Assembly: GCA_963693365.1 (NCBI GenBank)
Contig: CAVNZM010000080.1
Span: 1-13,399, forward strand
Direction: 5' to 3'
DNA from: Amoebidium appalachense
Taxonomy: Eukaryota > Protista > Ichthyosporea
DNA: 13,399 nucleotides
The position numbers and the translations under genes were made by a program. The notes below the pieces were generated by a model. That model had not been told where the DNA came from. It worked only from the letters and a program-made list of their open reading frames with translations, and made no database searches. Positions 7,474 through 13,399 of the stretch are shown here, in pieces (position 1 is the stretch's first letter; each line of letters starts with the position of its first letter).

Positions 7474-8809
7474 TTGCTTGTATCACAGAAAATGTAAGTG
7501 TCCGGTCACCAAAGACCCCGTTTACCACGTTTCTGTGCTGTGCGACGTCTTGCCCCGTTCGGCGCAGCCGTTCTCTTAGGCAGGTCATCCACACGTCCTC
7601 CCCGCGCGGTACATGTTCCACCACAAGCACAATCGCACCAGTTCTAAACACCACACTATCGCAAATCCCAACTGGTGTCTCGGGGAAATACGAGTTCACG
7701 CACAACGATGCAAGGACCATGTTGCGCATGCGCGGAAGGTCGTTGTCGTTGCATTCCATATATCCCACTGCGAGCCCATAGCAGTCCACCACAAGTCCTT
7801 GGCCCTGGTCGACACTGCCGTCCACGTGAAGGGATTCGATGGTGCGCGCACGAACCCCCACATAGCCGGAGAACCCGTTGAGTCGCAAAGTGCCCAGGCC
7901 CCCCGCGTGCACAAGCTCCAAATTCATGTCATACACGCTGTCCACCCGCACGCGCTTGATGCCGGCAGGAAGGACCACTCGTGCAGTCGTTGGGCCCAAA
8001 AGCTTTACGCAAAGCGTTCGAATGTCCGATGGGAGGTGTTCAAGCTGAGTGTCGTCCATCTGGCAGGTCAGTGTGCGCACACAGCTTGGCAGCGACTTCA
8101 TGCGCCCACGTGGTGCGTAGGCGTCCACCACCGTCGGGGGCGGCTCAACGTGGAGGTTCCAGCCACATAGGCGCAGCGACTGCAGGGCCCGAAGGTGCCC
8201 CAGCGGAACGTGGTGGCCCCGCATGCTTGCAAAGTCGATTGCCAGGCGCTCAAGTCGGGACAGGTCGCCACGGTAGAGCCCCTGGAGAATCCGGTCGTCG
8301 TGCTCCGCGTTACGGGTCTCCGTGTAGCTCGAGTTGTACGTGGTCACATGAAGCTCGCGAGCCCCTAGCTCGGCGGCTGTTGCCCAGGCATTGTAGAACC
8401 AGTTCGCCGCCGGCACCTTGTAGCAGGCGATTGTGAACGACCGTATTCCCCACGCGTAGGCCTGGTGGATGCTGCGATGGTTGTCTTTGGTTAGCAGTAT
8501 GCCCTCTGGCACAGCCTCTACCGGCTTGCGGTGGCGTGCGACGTGGCTTGCGGCGGTAAACCAAAGTTTGTTTGTGGGTGCAACCCTGGCCAGGTCGCGT
8601 GCAGGCAGCCATTCGAAGATGTGCTCGAGCAGGTCTCGACACGCAAGTACAGGAGGGCACGGTGCCCTGTTACTCTTCCGTCCCCGCCTTGGACCGCTTT
8701 TTTCGTCCGCGTTTCGGTTTGGTCTGTGTCTTTTTGCTGCGTTGGGCCTTTTGGGGTTGGGGCTTTGCTCGCTTGCGCTTGCTTTTCCCGGGGGCTCGTT
8801 TGGGTGCAT
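7463..8809 (-). CDS. F-box protein with degenerate LRR/FNIP-like repeats (start uncertain)
   Basis: F-box-like VLACRDLLEHIFEWLPARDLARVAPTNKLWFTAA. Repeats include LSRLERLAI, LRALQSLRL, LPSCVRTLT, LPSDIRTLC and LPAGIKRVR. The nearest in-frame ATGs upstream of the F-box are 8809 and 8944, both inside the neighbouring gene. Confidence 0.75.
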   Translation of the reverse strand: MHPNEPPGKASASEQSPNPKRPNAAKRHRPNRNADEKSGPRRGRKSNRAPCPPVLACRDLLEHIFEWLPARDLARVAPTNKLWFTAASHVARHRKPVEAVPEGILLTKDNHRSIHQAYAWGIRSFTIACYKVPAANWFYNAWATAAELGARELHVTTYNSSYTETRNAEHDDRILQGLYRGDLSRLERLAIDFASMRGHHVPLGHLRALQSLRLCGWNLHVEPPPTVVDAYAPRGRMKSLPSCVRTLTCQMDDTQLEHLPSDIRTLCVKLLGPTTARVVLPAGIKRVRVDSVYDMNLELVHAGGLGTLRLNGFSGYVGVRARTIESLHVDGSVDQGQGLVVDCYGLAVGYMECNDNDLPRMRNMVLASLCVNSYFPETPVGICDSVVFRTGAIVLVVEHVPRGEDVWMTCLRERLRRTGQDVAQHRNVVNGVFGDRTLTFSVIQANVV

Positions 8810-9293
8810 CTTTCTTCCGCCTCTTGATCTTGCGCCTCTTGTTTGGTTTGTCTTCTTCACTGCCGCTGTCGCTGCCGCCGCTGTCGCTGCCGCCACTGTC
8901 GCTGCTGCTGTCGGTGCTGCTGCTGCTTCCGCTCGCGCTGTCATCTAGGTCTGAATCGTTGTCGGAAGACAGCTCCTTATATACCTCGCGGGCCTTGGTC
9001 ACGTAGCGTCTGCGCAGGATTGGATTGATGTCCGATGGGTGCAGAACCACTACACCATCCAGACCGAGATTGTCGATGGTGTATTGGCGTGCCGCAATGT
9101 CGTCCAGCGGATCAATGATGTCTGAGGCGCCGACCCGGTTGTTCACGTTCACAAAGGTGGTGGGGTCGCTCTTGGCGCCGTTGAAAAACGATTGTCCAAG
9201 CTCGGTGTTGTTTCCGTCCTCCTCCTCTATCCACGCCTTCTTCGGGTTCTTACCGCCTTCTTCAACTATGGTCACCTGCTTGCGACGCGTCAT
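8670..9293 (-). CDS. Hypothetical protein (~207 aa) with a Ser/Asp/Gly tract and a strongly Lys/Arg-rich C-terminal tail; candidate nucleic-acid-binding protein
   Basis: ATG at 9293 (or 9299) just after the upstream gene's stop at 9304. A globular-looking N-half is followed by SSDNDSDLDDSASGSSSSTDSSSDSGGSDSGGSDSGSEED and then KRRKIKRRKK...KRGRKKRSK. Confidence 0.8.
   Translation of the reverse strand: MTRRKQVTIVEEGGKNPKKAWIEEEDGNNTELGQSFFNGAKSDPTTFVNVNNRVGASDIIDPLDDIAARQYTIDNLGLDGVVVLHPSDINPILRRRYVTKAREVYKELSSDNDSDLDDSASGSSSSTDSSSDSGGSDSGGSDSGSEEDKPNKRRKIKRRKKDAPKRAPGKSKRKRAKPQPQKAQRSKKTQTKPKRGRKKRSKAGTEE
8859..8945. repeat. Degenerate 15-bp / trinucleotide repeat tract encoding (DSGGS)n and poly-Ser
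   Basis: gccgctgtcgctgcc-type units in tandem, grading into (gct)n. Confidence 0.85.
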
Positions 9294-9303
9294 ACACATG
9301 AGC

Positions 9304-9591
9304 CTACAAATTTGCACCGGGCGGTGTTGGGGCCGCGCTAGACCCGGCGGAGGCGGGGCGTGAAAGGTAGAGGTAGCCGACCACAAGCAATGCCATGATC
9401 AAACACGTAAGCGCACCCATGGCCAGGCGGCGCCACCAACACGCATCGCGCTCGTACTGGTGGTGTGCGTCGACATGCGAGCCCGTGCACACCAACGCGG
9501 GTGTGTCTTCCATTATAGTGACTCTGAATTCGGTGCCCACTGGCTTGTCGACTAGCATGTCGCCCCGCACAACTATGTCCTGTGGCTTCAT
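9304..9591 (-). CDS. Small membrane protein, 95 aa, single C-proximal transmembrane helix
   Basis: ATG start. The hydrophobic stretch LAMGALTCLIMALLVVGYLYL is preceded by WWRR. Tightly packed between neighbours. Confidence 0.75.
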   Translation of the reverse strand: MKPQDIVVRGDMLVDKPVGTEFRVTIMEDTPALVCTGSHVDAHHQYERDACWWRRLAMGALTCLIMALLVVGYLYLSRPASAGSSAAPTPPGANL

Positions 9592-9608
9592 CTGATATTG
9601 ACGAGGAC

Positions 9609-9614
9609 TTTATT
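9609..9614 (-). terminator. AATAAA polyadenylation signal of the 9624..10292 gene
   Basis: tttatt at 9609-9614, 9 nt downstream of the TAA stop. Confidence 0.6.
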
Positions 9615-9623
9615 CTATGCTCA

Positions 9624-10292
9624 TTACACGCCTCCAGCCGGCGCAAGTGATGGGCTCACGTACACCGTGTATGTTTCGGTCCCTGTGATGAGCACGCTGA
9701 TGGTAACTACGTTATTGGCCGCAACTGTGCCGTACGTTTTGGAGGCGTCCTTGATGGTGGCCACAGCGGTGCCCTTGTTTAGCACAGTGAACGTATGCAG
9801 GCTACCGACAAACCCGAGGTTGGAAACAGTGGTGCCGCTGACGCCCGCCTTGGTGAATTGCAGGGTCGCGTCCCCGGCATCCACGGTCACAAACCCGTTG
9901 CGAATGGAGTCAACAGTGATGACGTTGCTGGTGGCCTTCACGGGCGTTTTCCCGTTGTGCTGCACGACGTTGCCCACCTCGTCCACGCTGAACACCGTTC
10001 GGCCGTCCACGGTCTTGAGATTGAGCAGCGCAGCGTCCGTGAAGTATTCGAGCCCGGTGCCGTTGGCCACGGCCTTGCGGTTGAGCTTGAGGGTTCCGTT
10101 GTCAACAGAGGCAACCGTAAAGGTCTCCCCGCCCACCTGCACACCCTGTCCGGGGCGCAGGTACTTCACTTCGGGCGCGGACAGCGTGTCGTCGGTCAGC
10201 GTTGCCGCGCTCGCACCCTTGATCCCGCCAGCTGCGTGCGTCTCAAAGACAGCACTTCGCAAGGTGTTGATGTTCGAGTTGACCATGGCCAT
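9624..10292 (-). CDS. Beta-strand-rich 222-aa protein, putative virion fibre/spike/decoration protein
   Basis: T/V/G/N/A-rich with no Cys or Trp, and alternating beta patterns (GETFTVASVD, HTFTVLNKG, VTISVLITGTETYTVYV). Strong codon bias, good ATG context (AACATGG) and its own AATAAA. The function is inferred from composition only. Confidence 0.8.
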   Translation of the reverse strand: MAMVNSNINTLRSAVFETHAAGGIKGASAATLTDDTLSAPEVKYLRPGQGVQVGGETFTVASVDNGTLKLNRKAVANGTGLEYFTDAALLNLKTVDGRTVFSVDEVGNVVQHNGKTPVKATSNVITVDSIRNGFVTVDAGDATLQFTKAGVSGTTVSNLGFVGSLHTFTVLNKGTAVATIKDASKTYGTVAANNVVTISVLITGTETYTVYVSPSLAPAGGV

Positions 10293-10359
10293 GTTGATAA
10301 TAAGCGAACAAAATAAAAAAATTGCACCGCCACGCAGACATTTTCACCGCGTTAGGCTA

Positions 10360-10602
10360 ATGGACACCCAGTTTCTCCTAGCCCTGCTAATCGGTCTGGT
10401 CTTGGGTTACTGGATCGCTACCAAGTGTGCGCCACAGCCGCCGCCCCCGCCCCCACCACCCGTGCGTGTTGTTACGAAAAAACAGCCTATCAAAACGCAG
10501 AGGCAGCCAGCCCAGAACCCCGAAAGGGCATACGACGCGCAGCCAGAGCCCATGGTTGCGCACGCGGACACGGGTGACAACTGGGAGAGCATGGGGCTTT
10601 GA
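10360..10602 (+). CDS. Small membrane-anchored Pro-rich protein, 80 aa (MDTQFLLALLIGLVLGYWIATK...)
   Basis: 3' end of the 9598..10602 track ORF. ATG at 10360 is followed by a hydrophobic helix and a poly-Pro run. It is divergent from 10292 and has ACATTTTC-N14-ATG upstream. Confidence 0.75.
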   Translation: MDTQFLLALLIGLVLGYWIATKCAPQPPPPPPPPVRVVTKKQPIKTQRQPAQNPERAYDAQPEPMVAHADTGDNWESMGL

Positions 10603-10606
10603 TGTT

Positions 10607-10993
10607 TCAGTTTCCGGCCCCGAGATAGCGGCCACGGTCTACCTCCTCAAACCCGTCCAGGCTAACCTTCTTCGGCACGGGTAGCGGGGGCGCATCCGGT
10701 ATCGGATCTTTCGGTTCGGCTACCGTTGCAGCGGGCTCCGGTTTGGGCGCCGGTTCCTCAGAGGTCTTGGAGGGTGGTGGGTCAGGCTTTCCGGGGTCCA
10801 AGCGCAATGACTTCAGAAAGGGCTTATCAGGGTCATCCTCCTTTGGGGGGGGGGAGTTCACCCGCACCACCGGACGGAGCGGGCGCCAGTCGGGGCGTCT
10901 GTACGGGGCCGGGCGCACCTCCCGTTTGTTACTCCCTGTCAGCACCTTGCCGACCGCATACAGCGCGATTGCTCCCAGGACCATCTCAGCCAT
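10607..10993 (-). CDS. Pro/charge-rich protein, 128 aa, with N-terminal hydrophobic anchor
   Basis: ATG in good context (AGCATGG). MVLGAIALYAVGKVL is followed by a Pro/Lys/Glu/Asp-rich disordered body. 4-bp gap to the convergent gene. Confidence 0.75.
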   Translation of the reverse strand: MAEMVLGAIALYAVGKVLTGSNKREVRPAPYRRPDWRPLRPVVRVNSPPPKEDDPDKPFLKSLRLDPGKPDPPPSKTSEEPAPKPEPAATVAEPKDPIPDAPPLPVPKKVSLDGFEEVDRGRYLGAGN

Positions 10994-11012
10994 GCTGTGT
11001 TGGCAGATAATA

Positions 11013-11264
11013 TCAAACGAGTGCGCCTGTCTGTATGTCGGCCTTCAGGGCCCGCAGCTCCAACAGCAATTCGCCAATGACGTCGACCTGCTGCACTTGC
11101 TGCTGTGCCTGGTGCAGATCTGCGGCCGTTTCAAGTCGGGCCTTGTTTGCCGTGTACGCACATAAAGTGTTCTGTGCCCGCAACACCGCATCGTTGTACC
11201 TTTCCAGAAGTTCCATGCTGAGGTCGTGGAAATGCTGGTTGCATACCGCACAGATGTTTGACAT
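11013..11264 (-). CDS. Hypothetical helical protein, 83 aa (MSNICAVCNQHFH...)
   Basis: First ATG of the 11013..11357 frame. N-terminal CxxCxxH is followed by a coiled-coil-like helix. ATTTT-N14-ATG lies upstream. Confidence 0.65.
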   Translation of the reverse strand: MSNICAVCNQHFHDLSMELLERYNDAVLRAQNTLCAYTANKARLETAADLHQAQQQVQQVDVIGELLLELRALKADIQTGALV

Positions 11265-11308
11265 GTGTAGTACGGGAGAAAATCGGACAGGGCTGTCTCG
11301 GGCTGGTC

Positions 11309-11351
11309 TGTGTGTGTGTGGAGGGGGGAGGGGGAGGGGAAAAGGGGAGGG
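11309..11351 (+). repeat. (TG)6 microsatellite followed by a G-run tract with G-quadruplex potential
   Basis: tgtgtgtgtgtg at 11309-11320, then G6-A-G5-A-G4-A4-G4-A-G3 at 11323-11351; intergenic. Confidence 0.8.
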
Positions 11352-11392
11352 CGACAATGCGCCAAGTAGAAAAGGGCCAAGCTGGGAGAAAG

Positions 11393-11398
11393 TTTATT
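11393..11398 (-). terminator. AATAAA, probable polyadenylation signal of the 11494 F-box gene
   Basis: tttatt at 11393-11398, about 95 nt past the stop. Its context TATAATAAA could alternatively act as a TATA-like element for the next gene. Confidence 0.45.
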
Positions 11399-11493
11399 AT
11401 AGCCAAGGCACAAGTGGTCCAAATATATCAGGTACATATGTTCCAACACGAAGACACGAGAATATGCACGTCAGTGGTATTGGGTCGGACAAA

Positions 11494-12921
11494 CTACATT
11501 GCGATAGGAATCACACGGTAATTCTTCTCTGGAAACTCACGGGTGCAAGCTGACCCAAATGTTTCTAAGATGAATCTGCCGTGTTCAACTACATCTCCGT
11601 TCACAAGCACTCTAGCCACGCCGACACACCAAATCTCTGTCCTACGCTCCTCCTCTCCCACTACACGGAAGCTTGCTGTAGACACGTTCCGGATTTTTAA
11701 AAACTCCAGCTGTGGCGACACGAGCGTCGCGACCGCCGGCCTGTCGAAGCCCGCTTCGTCCTTGTAGAAGAGTGTGAGGCGCCGGACACTTGCCATTAGC
11801 TCCGTGATCTCGGCAAAGTTGTCGTCCGTGTACGGAACCATCAGGGTTTCCAAGCTCGCCTGCTCGGATGGCTCCACCGTCCAACTGTGGCCCTCCAGCG
11901 CACAGTGGAACTCCCGCACGCCAGCAAGGGTGAGCACGCCTTCGTTTTCGAAGTGGTACGGTCTCTCGGGGTCCTCGATAGAGTCCGAGTAGTGTTCGAT
12001 GGTTACCGTGTCGCACTGCTCGAGCCTCCCCCTACTCTGACGGCAGCCGAACACGACCTTGCGTACCCCACGTAGAACGCCAAACTCCAATTGCCCATAC
12101 CCAACCACGCGCACGTCTCGCAGTCTTGTGCAGGCCGCCAGCCCCACAATCTTGTGCACCCCATCGCTGTCGTCGCCATGCCCCACCTGCATCACGTCAA
12201 AAAAGACACCCTCGGGGCCCGGCGTGTCCACCCTCATCGTAGAAATGCCAGAAAACGTGACGTGCAGTACCTCAAGCATTGGAGGAACCTTGAGGGTCAT
12301 CTCGTGCAGATCGTGGTGGTCGAATTCCCGTGACAATGTCAGCTTGACACGCAGTTCGCGCAGCTGCGGAAAGATGGAAAAATCAAAAGTCGGGCAGTAG
12401 TCGGTTGAACAAACCTCCCCGTCGAAGTGCACAAGCGACGCTGGGAGCTGATAGAGCATGTCAACCGAGAGCCCTGCCGTGGTCCCGAGCGTGTTGGTCG
12501 CGCTCCGGATACCAACTCGCGTTGCGTTGGGGAAGACGTGGAGGAAGTGCACGGAGGTGTGGCACATATAGGGTTGCACCAGGGTCAGGTCTGTCACAGC
12601 CGAAAATGGGATTTCGTGAGTGATTGACCACATGTCGAGGGTGAGAATTGAAAGCGCCGTGGCACGCACATCTCGGGCAAAGCTGGCTGCTTCTTTACCG
12701 GATCGCAGTTGCGTGTAGTGGTCTTGCAGTGCATTGCCGCACAGACTCACCCTGAAGACGGAGTCGGGCCTCCCCAACATGGCCTTGAAGAGCGCGCGGA
12801 AATGCCGACATGTCTGGGACGCGACAAGCAGGCTCCTGCTGTCCATGAAATGGGCTACTTGGAGGAAAATATCGTCGTTGAGGTACAGCGGCTGTACGGG
12901 TTTGGTTGATGTGGCGCCCAT
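11494..12921 (-). CDS. F-box protein with degenerate LRR-like repeats, 475 aa, predicted N-myristoylated
   Basis: Start re-assigned to ACCATGG at 12921 (MGATSTK), downstream of a TATA box. F-box reads LNDDIFLQVAHFMDSRSLLVASQTCRHFRAL. Repeats include FPNATRVGI, LPASLVHFD, FPQLRELRV, CTRLRDVRV and SPQLEFLKI. Confidence 0.85.
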   Translation of the reverse strand: MGATSTKPVQPLYLNDDIFLQVAHFMDSRSLLVASQTCRHFRALFKAMLGRPDSVFRVSLCGNALQDHYTQLRSGKEAASFARDVRATALSILTLDMWSITHEIPFSAVTDLTLVQPYMCHTSVHFLHVFPNATRVGIRSATNTLGTTAGLSVDMLYQLPASLVHFDGEVCSTDYCPTFDFSIFPQLRELRVKLTLSREFDHHDLHEMTLKVPPMLEVLHVTFSGISTMRVDTPGPEGVFFDVMQVGHGDDSDGVHKIVGLAACTRLRDVRVVGYGQLEFGVLRGVRKVVFGCRQSRGRLEQCDTVTIEHYSDSIEDPERPYHFENEGVLTLAGVREFHCALEGHSWTVEPSEQASLETLMVPYTDDNFAEITELMASVRRLTLFYKDEAGFDRPAVATLVSPQLEFLKIRNVSTASFRVVGEEERRTEIWCVGVARVLVNGDVVEHGRFILETFGSACTREFPEKNYRVIPIAM

Positions 12922-12964
12922 GGTGCTGGTTGAATGTGGGTGGCCAGACAAGGATGCAACAGGC

Positions 12965-13078
12965 TTTATATACAGATGCTGGCCAATCAAAACGAATCGC
13001 CATCTATCTCTTATCCAATCGCCTTTGACCGCGGAAAACCAATCAAATCGCACCACTGCACAAACAGGCTCCAATCAG
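12965..13078 (-). promoter_or_regulatory. RNA polymerase II-type promoter: TATA box plus four inverted CCAAT boxes
   Basis: TATATAAA on the minus strand at 12965-12972, 43 nt before the ATG. CCAATC on + at 12983, 13015, 13039 and 13071. Confidence 0.8.
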
Positions 13079-13250
13079 TTTGCTCTTTTCGAACATTCTG
13101 CACTTTCTGAGGAAAAAAGGCATCGAGGCCCCCACGCTTCTTGCATTCATGACAAGATATGTGTAATGTTTAAATGAGTGAATTACTGAAACTCGTATAT
13201 AGGAAGGGCATAATGCAGTTCTAACTTCTTAGAATACAACGCAAGTTTTC

Positions 13251-13384
13251 GATCAAACGGGTAATTTCAATCCATGTTCCCAAAAACGTAACATTCCATT
13301 GTGATCAGATTTAAGATCTAATCTCTGTTCTCTGGCCGATCTCATTTCTGATCGGTTTCGATCCGAGATCCACCCCCCCCCCCC
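13251..13384. other. Non-coding GATC cluster followed by a C12 run
   Basis: GATC at 13251, 13303, 13315, 13338, 13350, 13360 and 13367; C run at 13373-13384. Confidence 0.7.
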
Positions 13385-13399
13385 TATCCTCACAGGCAT

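Noticed and set aside
9598-10359. Long + strand ORF (334 aa) antisense to the beta-rich gene
   Set aside because: TTG start and a mirror frame kept open by the codon bias of the minus-strand gene. Only the part from ATG 10360 looks real.
11265-11357. Pro-rich extension of the 11013 ORF
   Set aside because: Non-ATG start; it is a translation of the G-run/TG repeat
12922-13074. 51-aa N-terminal extension of the second F-box ORF
   Set aside because: TTG start, and it runs through the TATA and CCAAT elements
1-13399. tRNA, rRNA, CRISPR array, transposase or terminal inverted repeats
   Set aside because: None recognisable by eye; repeats are coding tandem duplications or short motifs without spacer structure

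Overview
Gene-dense, apparently intron-free segment that reads like a large eukaryotic dsDNA virus (Nucleocytoviricota- or mirusvirus-like, free or endogenised). No capsid or polymerase hallmark gene is present, so the lineage is an inference. Recognisable genes are an AEP/PrimPol-type primase with a UL52-like zinc finger, a class II (CCA/poly(A) polymerase-like) nucleotidyltransferase fused to a single-zinc RING, and two F-box/LRR-like proteins. The window also encodes a 1511-aa coiled-coil protein, an acidic/basic low-complexity protein, a beta-rich fibre-like protein and several small membrane or orphan proteins. Eukaryotic signals are visible: AATAAA after several genes, a TATA box and two CCAAT arrays. 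Highlights are (1) an uncalled 32-aa protamine-like ORF exactly filling a convergent gap, (2) a shared TTTGACCGC-N6-CCAATC composite element in both CCAAT arrays, (3) a T-run placed 13-17 nt before many ATGs, suggesting a second promoter class, (4) the NTase + SP-RING-like fusion, and (5) a dense GATC cluster at the right end. Several start codons were re-assigned relative to the supplied ORF track.
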